Under the pieces are notes generated by a model that was not told the DNA's origin, searched no databases, and was given only the letters and a program-made list of their open reading frames with translations. DNA of 64,000 nt from an uncultured delta proteobacterium (GTDB lineage: Bacteria > Desulfobacterota > Binatia > UBA9968): contig CAVWLW010000006.1 of assembly GCA_963755715.1 (NCBI GenBank), positions 1-64,000 on the forward strand. The letters are read 5' to 3'. Every line of letters begins with the position of its first letter. The stretch's first letter is position 1. This document shows positions 22,157 to 32,771 of the stretch, one piece after another. Made by a program: the position numbers and the translations under genes.

Positions 22157-22453
22157 TTACGGTTGGTTTGGCGCGCATAGACTGCGAGAGCCGTAAAAAG
22201 GACCGAGTCTGTTTTGCCCGAAGCAAGATTGACGGTCAAGCGATTGTTTCCAGAGGTCATCCAGTCGCGCTGCGACGCGATCGAGAGCGCAAGAGCGATA
22301 TTCCTGCATCCAGTCGTAAACCATCAGATCGTAAAGCGTGAATCGATGCAGCGAGGCGAGTTCGACGAGAAACAAACCGAATAAGAGCAGAGAAGCCAGG
22401 AGCGCGCGCTGTTCGCGGAAAAACCGAGTGACGGAGATATGCTGATTTTCCAC
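22157..22453 (-). CDS. Small membrane protein, possibly a truncated remnant
   Basis: One hydrophobic helix (LLASLLLFGLFLVEL); the C-terminal part looks non-coding. Confidence 0.3.
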   Translation of the reverse strand: MENQHISVTRFFREQRALLASLLLFGLFLVELASLHRFTLYDLMVYDWMQEYRSCALDRVAARLDDLWKQSLDRQSCFGQNRLGPFYGSRSLCAPNQP

Positions 22454-22622
22454 GTTGTTGAGCCTTCCGCTATTTACCGAGGAATTGGCTGGGCGATAGA
22501 TCGATTTTTCACTTCTTCATGCTGGATTCTACCGGCAGATAGATCGGCGAAAATATTTCAAGGCGCCAAAGTGATTGTTGAAAAGGCGAGCTTTGATGGA
22601 ATCTGTGAAACTCGCGCCGCAC

Positions 22623-22826
22623 TTAACGAATCTTCACATCGAGCGCGACCGGGCCTTTGTCCCCTTTTCTAACTTGAAACTGCACGGAGTCGCCTTCGTT
22701 TAAGTCTTCGATCTGAGCGCGCGGCGCAAGACTGCCGCGATGAAAAAAGACGTCTTCTGTGCCATCGTCAGGAGTGATGAAACCGAAGCCCTTTTGCTTG
22801 ATGATTTTTTTTATCGTCCCTGTCAT
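22623..22826 (-). CDS. Cold-shock domain protein
   Basis: MTGTIK, KGFGFI (RNP1), DVFFH (RNP2), KGPVA. Confidence 0.93.
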   Translation of the reverse strand: MTGTIKKIIKQKGFGFITPDDGTEDVFFHRGSLAPRAQIEDLNEGDSVQFQVRKGDKGPVALDVKIR

Positions 22827-22932
22827 ACTTATCTCTCCTAATAAATCGCCGCTGGCCAATCGTTGTTTTTCCGATGTGCCTGGCGCGGCCTACCGAGCAT
22901 GGAACCTCTAACTTCATATATCTAAAGTCGCC

Positions 22933-24009
22933 TTGAGTTCAATTGCTTATTACATTACGGGACACGGCTACGGCCACGCCGTGCGCTCCAATCTCGTCAT
23001 CCAAGCCCTGCTGCACGCGGCATCGGATTTAAAAATCTTCGTTCGAACCACGGCGCCACAATGGCTGTTTCACGGTCAAGCCGCGCGGGTTGTTTATTCC
23101 TCGCAAGCGATTGATGTGGGCATACTGCAAAGAGATAGCCTGGAGATGGATCTCAAGGAAACGCTCCGTGCCTGTCGCGCTTTACACGCGAAAATCCCGC
23201 TTCTAATAAAGGAGGAGGTCGAATTCATAAAAAAACATGGCATTTGTCTGATCGTCGGAGATATTCCGCCGATCGCTTTCGAGATCGCGGCGCGCGCCAA
23301 TATTCCATCAGTTGCGTTGACAAATTTCACTTGGAGTTGGATCTATCGTACTTATCTAGAAGCCTATCCGGCGTTTCTTCCACTGATCGAGGAGATGGAA
23401 AGTTTCTATCGCAAAGCGACATTGGCTTTGACTCTACCCTATCCCGGCAATCTGGAAATTTTTCCGACACAGGCGTCGATTCCCTGGGTCGCCCGCATTT
23501 CGCCACTGAACAAACGGCAGGCGAAGGCCAAATTCGGTCTGCCGGATTCTCTGCCGAGTATTCTTTTGAGTTTTGGCGGCCTCGGGCTCAAGCGCTTGCC
23601 ATGGGAGAAACTGAAGCAGCTTCGCGAATATTATTTCGTTGCAACGGACGGCGAGGCGCAGCGGCTTGACAGCAATTTGTTGATCCTACCCGACGGGCAG
23701 CGTCGTTACCAAGACCTGGTTCGCGCCGCCGACGTGGTCATCACAAAACCGGGCTATGGTATCGTCGCCGATGTCCTCGCCCATCAAACATCGATACTCT
23801 ACACGGACCGCGGTGAGTTTCGCGAATATCCGCATTTGGTTCAGGCTTTAAGTGACTTGGCGACGGCCGAGTTTATTCGGCAGGATGATTTGCTTTTTGG
23901 CGATATCGCGCCGAGCATCGCCCGACTGCTGAACAAAGATCAACATTGGCCGGCGGTGCCGTTGAATGGTGCTGAGATGGCAGCTAAGAAAATTCTCGCG
24001 CTTATGTGA
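22933..24009 (+). CDS. GT-B glycosyltransferase-like protein (resembles the arabinokinase N-terminal domain)
   Basis: YYITGHGYGHAVR, GDIPP, LLSFGGLG, DVVITKPGYG, RGEFRE. Confidence 0.75.
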   Translation: MSSIAYYITGHGYGHAVRSNLVIQALLHAASDLKIFVRTTAPQWLFHGQAARVVYSSQAIDVGILQRDSLEMDLKETLRACRALHAKIPLLIKEEVEFIKKHGICLIVGDIPPIAFEIAARANIPSVALTNFTWSWIYRTYLEAYPAFLPLIEEMESFYRKATLALTLPYPGNLEIFPTQASIPWVARISPLNKRQAKAKFGLPDSLPSILLSFGGLGLKRLPWEKLKQLREYYFVATDGEAQRLDSNLLILPDGQRRYQDLVRAADVVITKPGYGIVADVLAHQTSILYTDRGEFREYPHLVQALSDLATAEFIRQDDLLFGDIAPSIARLLNKDQHWPAVPLNGAEMAAKKILALM

Positions 24010-24097
24010 CGAGTCTCACTAGAAAGCAACGAGATCGACGGCCGCTCGCTGCCGTTTGACACCCTTGGCTGATTCCTCCAAACTTGCTTTGGAAAGT

Positions 24098-25036
24098 ATG
24101 GCAATTGAAAAAGTAATATTGGCGACGCCGCGCGGCTTTTGTGCCGGCGTCGAGATGGCCATCGAGACTGTCGAAAGGGCGCTCCAGCGTCATGGCCCGC
24201 CTCTCTACGTGTTTCATGAAATCGTCCACAACTTGCACGTGGTCCGCGAATTTACCGATCGTGGTGTTCGCTTCGTTCAATCTGTCGATGAAGTGCCTGA
24301 CGGGGCAAAGCTTATTTTTAGCGCACATGGAATTGCTCCGGCCGTATGGGAGCAAGCCAAGAAAAAAAATCTGCAAGTCATCATCGACGCCACCTGTCCG
24401 CTGGTGGAAAAAGTTCATCGCGAGGTCCGCAAATTTGCCGCGCAAGGCTACTGGATCATTCTCGTGGGCCATGAAAAACATGACGAGATAGTCGGCACGA
24501 GGGGCGAAGCGCCGCGACATATCCGGATTGTTGCCAATGTTGACGAAGCCAGAAAGGTCGATATTCCCGACCCCGAAAAAGTTGTCGCATTGACCCAGAC
24601 TACTTTGAGCGTGGATGATACGCGTGAAATCACCGATGCTCTAAGAGAAAGATTTCCCAAGCTCATCACCGCCGCTAAACAAGATATCTGCTATGCGACG
24701 CAGAACCGCCAAGACGCCGTCAAAGAACTTAGCAAAGAAGTTGACCTGGTTTTAGTGATCGGCTCGCGCAATAGCGAAAATTCCAATCAGCTATGTAAAG
24801 TCGCCAAGAGCCACGGCAAAGCCGCTTACTTGATCGACGATTGTCGCGCGATCGATCGCGCCTGGCTGGTGGGCATCAAGCGGGTTGGCATCACCTCTGG
24901 CGCGTCGGTGCCGGAGCGCCTGGTTGAGCAGGCAGCAGAGTTTTTTCAGCAAGAGGGCGCTGAGATTAGCCATCTCGGCTTCAGCGAAGAAAACATTCAC
25001 TTTGCACTCCCCGATGAGATAACGAGCGTTCCTTGA
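24098..25036 (+). CDS. ispH: 4-hydroxy-3-methylbut-2-enyl diphosphate reductase
   Basis: PRGFCAGV, EIVHN, SAHG, DATCPLV, TQTTLS, DICYATQNRQ. Confidence 0.97.
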   Translation: MAIEKVILATPRGFCAGVEMAIETVERALQRHGPPLYVFHEIVHNLHVVREFTDRGVRFVQSVDEVPDGAKLIFSAHGIAPAVWEQAKKKNLQVIIDATCPLVEKVHREVRKFAAQGYWIILVGHEKHDEIVGTRGEAPRHIRIVANVDEARKVDIPDPEKVVALTQTTLSVDDTREITDALRERFPKLITAAKQDICYATQNRQDAVKELSKEVDLVLVIGSRNSENSNQLCKVAKSHGKAAYLIDDCRAIDRAWLVGIKRVGITSGASVPERLVEQAAEFFQQEGAEISHLGFSEENIHFALPDEITSVP

Positions 25037-25122
25037 TCGTTTCGCGAGTCTTCCGCACGCCGTCCGTCGCCGCTCCGTTCAGCGCATTTTTCTTACATCT
25101 TAAGTGAATCCCAATTTGTCCT

Positions 25123-25158
25123 TGCCTATAAATTAAGCGATTGCCTATTTATAGGGCG
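25123..25158. promoter_or_regulatory. Tandem NtrC-like enhancer sites
   Basis: TGCCTATAAATTAAGCG and TGCCTATTTATAGGGCG (TGC-N11-GCx) ~75-110 bp upstream of the sigma54 promoter of amtB. Confidence 0.6.
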
Positions 25159-25231
25159 GCATGGCCTTCATCACAACCACCACGTTCGATTCAACTGATT
25201 GAAAAAAGAAGTATTTCAATGATCGTGTTGA

Positions 25232-25246
25232 TGGCATAACCGTTGC
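25232..25246 (+). promoter_or_regulatory. sigma54 promoter of amtB-glnA-PII
   Basis: TGGCATAACCGTTGC. Confidence 0.8.
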
Positions 25247-25317
25247 GTTAAGCATCCAAAATCACTTTCAATTCCATTCAATTGCTCAAGTATTACGCAC
25301 AAAAAGGAGGGTCGATT

Positions 25318-26718
25318 GTGAGCTATCGATGCATAGAATGGCGGGTTATTTTTATGGCATTATTGATTTGTTTAACCACGCCGCTGCTAACTTCCGCGCA
25401 GGACACCTCGCAAACCTCCCCAACCGCCCCATCCGTCACAGCCCCCAGCGCGCCGCAAGCTCCAGCGCCTTCCGCTGCCACGCCTCAAGCCAAGATCGAC
25501 AAAGGTGATACGGCGTGGATGCTCACGTCTTCTGCGCTGGTTTTGATGATGACAATCCCTGGCCTGTTTCTTTTTTATGGTGGCTTGGTTCGGCGGAAAA
25601 ATGTTTTAGGCACCATCATGCATAGCTTTATTATTGTCGCTGTCATCACCATCCAATGGGCCTTGTGGGGCTACAGCCTGGCATTTGCGCCGGACATCGG
25701 CGGCGGATGGCTCGGAGGCTCGGAATGGTTTGGTCTGCGCGGGGTCGGGCCTGAGCCGAATGCCGACTACGCCGCCACTATCCCGCACGCTGCTTTCATG
25801 ATTTATCAGATGATGTTTGCCATCATCACGCCAGCGTTGATTACCGGCGCGTTCGCTGAGCGCGTCAAGTTCAGCTCGTTTCTTGTTTTCATTATTCTTT
25901 GGGCCACGTTTATCTACGATCCGCTCGCCCATTGGGTTTGGGGAGTCAAGGGTTTGCTGCGGGAGATAGGCACATTGGATTTCGCCGGCGGCACCGTCGT
26001 CCATATCAGTTCGGGAGCGTCGGCGCTTGTCGCCGCCATCATGTTTGGGAAACGGATTGGCTACGGCCAAGAGGCGATGCCGCCACATAATCTGCCGTTC
26101 AGCGTGATCGGCGCGGGTCTGCTGTGGGTCGGATGGTTTGGTTTCAACGCCGGCAGCGCTCTGGCCGCCGATGGCTTGGCGACTTCGGCGTTTGTATCGA
26201 CGCATCTCGCTACTGCGGCCGCAGCGCTTTCTTGGCTCGCAATGGATTGGCTTCTTCGCGATAAGCCAACGGTCTTGGGTGCCGCGAGCGGTGCGGTAGC
26301 CGGTCTCGTAGCGATCACTCCCGGGTCAGGCTTCGTCGGCCCCATCTCTGCCATTTGGATCGGTATCGGCGGTGGCATATTCTGTTCAATCGCCTGTAGT
26401 TTGAAACCCAAACTTGGCTATGACGATTCATTGGACGTGGTCGGAGTGCATGGCGTCGGCGGCACCTGGGGAGCGCTTGCCACCGGTCTTTTCGCTTCGA
26501 AAGCGGTTAACGCGGCCGGCAACGACGGTTTATTCTTCGGCAACCCCGGGCAGCTTTGGATTCAGTTCGTTTCCGTTGTCGTTACCTTGATTTTGGCTTT
26601 CGTTGGGACTTACATCCTTCTTTCCATCGTGAAGGCGATAATGGGACTTAGAATCGCTCATGACGAAGAACGAATGGGCTTAGATTTGAGTCAACACAAC
26701 GAACGCGCCTATGAATAG
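25318..26718 (+). CDS. amtB: Ammonium transporter
   Basis: GDTAWML, FYGGLVR, DFAGGTVVH, WVGWFGFNAGS, DDSLDVVGVHG; GTG after AGGAGG. Confidence 0.96.
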   Translation: MSYRCIEWRVIFMALLICLTTPLLTSAQDTSQTSPTAPSVTAPSAPQAPAPSAATPQAKIDKGDTAWMLTSSALVLMMTIPGLFLFYGGLVRRKNVLGTIMHSFIIVAVITIQWALWGYSLAFAPDIGGGWLGGSEWFGLRGVGPEPNADYAATIPHAAFMIYQMMFAIITPALITGAFAERVKFSSFLVFIILWATFIYDPLAHWVWGVKGLLREIGTLDFAGGTVVHISSGASALVAAIMFGKRIGYGQEAMPPHNLPFSVIGAGLLWVGWFGFNAGSALAADGLATSAFVSTHLATAAAALSWLAMDWLLRDKPTVLGAASGAVAGLVAITPGSGFVGPISAIWIGIGGGIFCSIACSLKPKLGYDDSLDVVGVHGVGGTWGALATGLFASKAVNAAGNDGLFFGNPGQLWIQFVSVVVTLILAFVGTYILLSIVKAIMGLRIAHDEERMGLDLSQHNERAYE

Positions 26719-26811
26719 TTTGCTGCGTCATCAAAGTAGTTGTCTGCGCAAGAATATGATAACAAAAGTGAGTTTAAAAATTTTCACCACTACAAAGAGA
26801 GGAGCAACTCC

Positions 26812-28232
26812 ATGTCAGTGAAAGACGCCTTAGAGATGGCGAAGAAGAATAAGGTCGAGATCGTGGATTTGAAGTTTGTCGATTTTCCCGGGTTATGGCA
26901 GCACTTTTCGATCCCGGCAGCCGAGTTATCCGCCGAGCTGTTCGAAGAAGGGTTGGGGTTTGACGGTTCCAGCATACGCGGATTTCAATCGATCAATGAA
27001 TCCGACATGATTTTGCTGCCCGACGCCGACACCGCCATGATGGACCCGTTCACCGAACACTCCACCATCAGCTTTATCTGCAACGTCCTCGACGCCATCA
27101 CCCGCGAGTCCTACACCCGAGACCCGAGATACATCACCCAGAAAGCCGAGAAGTATTTAAAGTCCACCGGCCTAGCCGACACCAGCTACTGGGGCCCCGA
27201 GATCGAGTTTTTTATCTTCGACAGCGTGCGCTTCGACCAAAACCATCATGAGGGCTACTACCATATTGACTCGGTCGAAGGCTTTTGGAACTCCGGCAAA
27301 GGCGGAGACCAGCCCAATCTCGGCAACAAGATTCAGATACAAAGAAGGCTACTTCCCCGTCCCCCCCATGGACCAGTACCAGGATCTAAGATCCGAGATG
27401 GTGTTAAATTTAGAGAAATGCGGAGTCAAGATCGAAGTCCATCACCACGAAGTCGCCACCGGCGGCCAGACTGAAATCGACATGCGCTTTGACACCATGA
27501 CCAAGATGGCCGACAAGGTGCTGACGTATAAATACGTGGTCAAGAACACCGCCAGGAAGAGAGGCAAAGTGGTCACGGTCATGCCCAAGCCCTTGTTTCA
27601 AGACAACGGCTCCGGCATGCACTGCCACCAGAGTCTGTGGAAAGCCGGGAAGAATATCTTCTACGACAAGAAAGGCTACGGGTTGATCAGCGACACCGCC
27701 CGATACTACATCGGCGGGTTGATTAAACACGCCCACGCGCTCTGCGCCTTTATCGCCCCCACGACCAACTCCTATCGAAGATTAGTCCCCGGCTACGAAG
27801 CGCCGATCAATTTAGTCTACTCGGCCAGAAACCGCAGTGCCTGCGTGCGTATACCCATGTACTCCACCAGTGAGAAGGCCAAGAGACTAGAGTTTAGGAC
27901 CCCCGATCCCAGTGCCAATCCGTACTTTGCCTTCCCCGCCATGCTGATGGCGGGACTGGATGGGATCAGAAACAAGACTGAGCCGCCCAAGCCGATCGAC
28001 AAGAACTTATACGAGCTAGAGCCCGAAGAGGCGGCCAAGGTGAAATCGATGCCGGGGTCGTTGGATCAGGCGCTCGATGCTTTGGAGAAGGATCATGAGT
28101 TTCTGTTCAGAGGGCGACGTGTTTACCAAGGACGTGATCGAGACCTGGCTGGAGTACAAGAGAAAGGCTGAGGTCGATGCCATCCGCCTGCGCCCCCATC
28201 CTTGGGAGTTCGCTCTGTACTTCGATATATAA
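26812..28232 (+). CDS. glnA: Glutamine synthetase type I (GSI-beta); frameshifts near 27330 and 28105
   Basis: [40 protein letters not shown], adenylylation loop DKNLYEL, end [13 protein letters not shown]. Confidence 0.96.
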
Positions 28233-28655
<423 letters not shown>

Positions 28656-28697
28656 CTCTTTTCGCGCATTCATTCGAAAATTACGCTGATACAGTCG

Positions 28698-28725
28698 CGG
28701 TAACGATCATCTCTGATCGTTACCG
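28698..28725. terminator. Hairpin between convergent genes
   Basis: CGGTAACGATCA-TCTC-TGATCGTTACCG. Confidence 0.55.
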
Positions 28726-28737
28726 TCGAGGCCAAGA

Positions 28738-30333
28738 CTAATTCTCTTCTTTTTCCCCGGGCTGTTTGCCCGGTTCGAAACCGCCGACCTCGTGGTAGAC
28801 AACTTTCTTTTCTTCCTCGAAAGCCCGCACGGTGGGCACTTCACCCGGTAGACCGAGTTTTTTCCACTCGCCGGCCACCTTGTCGTAAATTTCTTTGCGC
28901 AGCGCGGTGCGCTTGGAGAACACCGGCAAATGACGGTGCTCTTTGCAGGCGTTGATCAGCGCCTTGGAGCCGTAGGGGCGCTTTTCCGGTGGATTTTGCG
29001 TCGGATCGAGCCATGTGCTCCAGGTATTGCGCAGCACGTCAATGTCGTCGATCGGATTGCAGCGGCTGCTCATCGCCCAAATCACTTGGTCCATATCGGT
29101 CGGGTCGATATCTTCATCGACCGCGATGATCCACTTGGTGTAATAGGCACCGCCGGGCACCTGCGCCGCCAGCGCCAAAGCCTGCGCCGCATGACCCGCA
29201 TAGCGCTGTTCAAGCGCGATCACCGTCATACCGAAACCGCCGGCGCCGGCCGGGTGCGCATAAACGCCTTGGATTCCCGGCACGCCGAGTTTATCCAAAT
29301 CGTCCCAGATGCGCGCGGAGCGGATGATCGAGAAAAAGCCACTTTGCTCATTCGATGGATAATCGGCCATGAGCGCGTTTGTCAGAATCGGCTTGTTGCG
29401 ATAATGCACGGCGGTCACTTCGACCAACGGGCAACCGGCTTCAGGTCTGCCGTAGTAACCGGGAAATTCACCGAAAGGTCCTTCGCTCTTCACTGAATTC
29501 GGTTTGATGATGCCTTCGATCATGAATTCCGCATTCGCGGGCAGCAATAAATTCGTCGTCTTGCCTTTGACGACGGGAATTGGCTCGCCTTTGATGCCGC
29601 CGAGAAATTCATATTCGGAAACGTTCTTAGCAAACGTCTGCGACCCAACCACCATGAACAAGGGATCGATTCCCCAGGCGGCGGCCACTTCAACCGGCTT
29701 TCCCTGTTGCCACGAGCGCGTGATATGCAAACGCGCATCTTTTCCTGGCGAAAGATAAAGGCCGGTTTCGTTCTTTCCCTGGATCATCATGCGATAGGTG
29801 CCGACGTTGAGATAGCCGGAGTCAGGATCGCGCGTGATCACGCAGTCCGCGGTGCCGGCGTAGCGCCCGCCATCCAATGGCCAGTGCTTCGGGATCGGCA
29901 ATTGGGTTAAATCGATCTGATCGCCCGTCAGCGTATTCTCATAAAATCCCGCTTGCGACTGTCCTACTTCGCGCGGTGGTGTGCGGTGTTTGAGTTTGTC
30001 TTTGACCCGATTGATCAAGGCTACGATCGGCGTATCGGGCGGTTCTTCCATTGTCAGGGCGATGCGCGAAATGCTCGGCCCGAGAATGTTCCACAGGGAG
30101 CGCGCTTTGAACGGGCTTTTCTCGTAGCCCTTGATGTTGTCAAAGAGGATCGCCGGCGAGGGCTTCTGCTTGGCCACAAGGTAACCGATGGCGCTCATTT
30201 CTTCGTCGCAACTTACCGCTTCTTTGACGTGAACCAGCTCGCCCAATTCTTCGACCCGCTGAAGCCATTCACGTAGATCTTGGATAGGCTTTTTCGTCGT
30301 AGATTCAGTCACTTTTTCTTCCCGTTTCGCCAT
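28738..30333 (-). CDS. UbiD-family (prFMN-dependent) decarboxylase
   Basis: DLREWL, DGGRY, NVGTYR, EGPFGEFPGYY, IAVDEDIDP. Confidence 0.92.
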   Translation of the reverse strand: MAKREEKVTESTTKKPIQDLREWLQRVEELGELVHVKEAVSCDEEMSAIGYLVAKQKPSPAILFDNIKGYEKSPFKARSLWNILGPSISRIALTMEEPPDTPIVALINRVKDKLKHRTPPREVGQSQAGFYENTLTGDQIDLTQLPIPKHWPLDGGRYAGTADCVITRDPDSGYLNVGTYRMMIQGKNETGLYLSPGKDARLHITRSWQQGKPVEVAAAWGIDPLFMVVGSQTFAKNVSEYEFLGGIKGEPIPVVKGKTTNLLLPANAEFMIEGIIKPNSVKSEGPFGEFPGYYGRPEAGCPLVEVTAVHYRNKPILTNALMADYPSNEQSGFFSIIRSARIWDDLDKLGVPGIQGVYAHPAGAGGFGMTVIALEQRYAGHAAQALALAAQVPGGAYYTKWIIAVDEDIDPTDMDQVIWAMSSRCNPIDDIDVLRNTWSTWLDPTQNPPEKRPYGSKALINACKEHRHLPVFSKRTALRKEIYDKVAGEWKKLGLPGEVPTVRAFEEEKKVVYHEVGGFEPGKQPGEKEEN

Positions 30334-30364
30334 CGATCCATCCTCCAAATGTTAAAAGAATATC

Positions 30365-31111
30365 CTAGAGCCGCGCGCTTTTGGGCAGCAACGATTTGAA
30401 ATAAGCAAAAGCATCATAGGAGCGAAACGTCATATTTTCTTTCATATAGTCGATTTCGGACTGCGGCATGATTGCCGGCTTGCCGACGCAGCTCGCGATG
30501 AACTGCATATAGGCGGTCCGCTCCAAATAAATGGCGTGAATCGTAGCATATTCCAAGCTATCGCCACACACAACAATGCCGTGTCCTTTGAGCAACATCG
30601 CGGTACGATCACCCAAGGTTTGACATATTTCTTTGCCATCCTGAACCGTGTAAATAAGCCGGGGACTCGGAAAAATCGGCGTCTCTGGAGCGAAGACGGC
30701 TGCCTGATTATAGATCGGCAGGATCGGCGTGCCCGCCACGGAAAATGCCGTGGCGATCGTCTGGTGCGTGTGCACGACCGAATTGACCTCGGGTCGCGCT
30801 TTATATATCGCCGCATGGATCATGGTTTCGCGCGGCGGATTTTTCAACTTGGTAACCGTTCGTTTATTACCCGCTTGTGAGTAGTTTTGCTCGCAGACTT
30901 CCATGTACTCGTCGATATCGACTTCGATGATGTGTTTGGGCGCGATCTCGCCAAGCGGGGCCAATACGGGCTTGATAAAAAATTTGCTGGTGCCCGGTAT
31001 TCGCGCGCTGACATGGCCGTGATAATCGGCCAAACCCTGGTAAAACATGATGCGGTTGCCTAAGGCAACTTTCTTTTTTAATTCATCGAGGTCTTTCTTG
31101 CTGCTCTTCAC
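30365..31111 (-). CDS. Class II aldolase/adducin family protein
   Basis: GHVSAR, ETMIHAAIYKARP, VVHTH, LLKGHG. Confidence 0.9.
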   Translation of the reverse strand: MKSSKKDLDELKKKVALGNRIMFYQGLADYHGHVSARIPGTSKFFIKPVLAPLGEIAPKHIIEVDIDEYMEVCEQNYSQAGNKRTVTKLKNPPRETMIHAAIYKARPEVNSVVHTHQTIATAFSVAGTPILPIYNQAAVFAPETPIFPSPRLIYTVQDGKEICQTLGDRTAMLLKGHGIVVCGDSLEYATIHAIYLERTAYMQFIASCVGKPAIMPQSEIDYMKENMTFRSYDAFAYFKSLLPKSARL

Positions 31112-31132
31112 TTCAGTCCCCTTTCCTGCTTG

Positions 31133-32062
31133 TCACGATGCGCGTCGTACAGGATCCCCGGGAGCGACGGATTCATCGGCGGCGTTGTCCCATGCGCGGA
31201 TATTCATCCAATTCCACTGATCTGGATATTTGCCGATGGTTTGCTCCAGCCACTGGGTCATGCGTAGGGTATTTTCTTGAACCTCTGCTTTGCTCTTCCC
31301 CGACCGATCGAGCTCCAGCTCGGGTTCAATGATCAACTTTAGGGTATCGTCGGGCTGTCGAATCAGACAGGCCGGGATCACCGCAGCGCCGGTTCTTAGT
31401 GCCAGTGTCGCCGGTCCGCGGCGCGCGATCACGGTCCGGCCAAATAACGGAACTTGAACTCCTTTGCCTTGTCGGTACTCATCGGCGATGACCACGGCGA
31501 TCTGATTGCTGCGCAAGATCGTGCTGAGTTGTCTTAGCGCTTCACGACGTGGCCGGGCGTGAATCGTGCGCTGTTTCACCTTTAATCTATATCTGTCCAT
31601 AAGCTCGGCGAAACGACCATCACGCGGCTGATTTACCAAAACAAAAGTTGGATAGCCTTCGAGAGCCAGACGGGTTCCGAGAACAAAAAAATTTCCTAAA
31701 TGAGCGCTCAGGACCAGCACTCCCATCCCCTTGTCGATAGCGGCGTCAAGGTGTTCCCGGCCGACGATCGGGATCGCCGCTCGTACATCGTCGTCCGATG
31801 ACTGCAGCACGACCCCGATTTCGACACAATCGCGAAAAAAATTGCGGAGCGAACGGCGCGCTATCTCGGCAATTTCGCCGTCGTTTAGTCGATGACGATA
31901 AACCGCCGCGATGTTGCTGATCGAGCGAGTGCGAAACCCTTTAAATAATCCAAATCCCAGCCGCGCAATCTGATCGGATGTGCGAAACAACCATCGCTGC
32001 GGTAAAAGTCTAACCACCACCGCAACCGATCGTGAAAGCACATTGGGTGCTAAAGGAAGCAA
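31133..32062 (-). CDS. Lipid A lauroyl/lysophospholipid acyltransferase (LpxL family)
   Basis: LSAHLGNF, IAD, VPLFG, YPDQWNW. Confidence 0.85.
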   Translation of the reverse strand: MLPLAPNVLSRSVAVVVRLLPQRWLFRTSDQIARLGFGLFKGFRTRSISNIAAVYRHRLNDGEIAEIARRSLRNFFRDCVEIGVVLQSSDDDVRAAIPIVGREHLDAAIDKGMGVLVLSAHLGNFFVLGTRLALEGYPTFVLVNQPRDGRFAELMDRYRLKVKQRTIHARPRREALRQLSTILRSNQIAVVIADEYRQGKGVQVPLFGRTVIARRGPATLALRTGAAVIPACLIRQPDDTLKLIIEPELELDRSGKSKAEVQENTLRMTQWLEQTIGKYPDQWNWMNIRAWDNAADESVAPGDPVRRAS

Positions 32063-32345
32063 CGTTACGAGTCAGCCAAGCGGTCATTAATTTTCAAACA
32101 ATTTGCCAGTGCAATACCGGCTCAGGGATTCCGAAGTACGCCAATCTACGATACTTTTTTCTCCGTCGCAAGAGCAGGAATAGCCTGTAAAAAACTTCGA
32201 TCCATGAAACCGGATAAATCAAAAAAGTTCTGTAATTACTATGACTTAGCCGTTTTTTCTGGCACCGGAATGAAGCCACGGCTGTTTCTATTAAAGTGGT
32301 TGTATGGTAATAAAATTTAGCCCCCTCTGAATTCGGACCTGTACC

Positions 32346-32723
32346 ATGAAAATGATCCTGCCGCCGATCAAAGAACGCCGTCTAGTGGATCGCCTGCTTT
32401 CGGCGTTTTTCCGTGATTACAAGGCCGTGGCTTTCAAGAAAGCCATCGCAGTGTTATGCCGCTTCTATCATTTAAAAAATCCTCAAGTCGAGTGGTTTGA
32501 ATATATCGACTGGGGCAAGACCGCCGGTAAGACTTATGAAAACGGCCAGATTTATTTGGTCCATCCGGAAAACTGGAAGAAGGGGCGCAAGTACAATTCA
32601 GAACGGCGCTGGATCAACACGGTCTACCACGAGATGGGCCACTTCGTTTTTTGGGCAGACGCGGAAAACAAAGCCGATATGTTCGCGTCGCGAATGGTGC
32701 GTGGCGTAAACCATCACCGATAA
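32346..32723 (+). CDS. Small hypothetical protein with HExxH motif
   Basis: VYHEMGH...ENKADMFA; 125 aa. Confidence 0.65.
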   Translation: MKMILPPIKERRLVDRLLSAFFRDYKAVAFKKAIAVLCRFYHLKNPQVEWFEYIDWGKTAGKTYENGQIYLVHPENWKKGRKYNSERRWINTVYHEMGHFVFWADAENKADMFASRMVRGVNHHR

Positions 32724-32771
32724 GGACGGTCGGATTTTACGTCCTTCCTGTTCTCCAGACTCGACGTTCAT

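Noticed and set aside
16221-28232. mnmG, yyaL and glnA as pseudogenes or programmed frameshifts
   Set aside because: Conserved genes with intact motifs, no slippery-site pattern, and a window-wide indel rate pointing to assembly error
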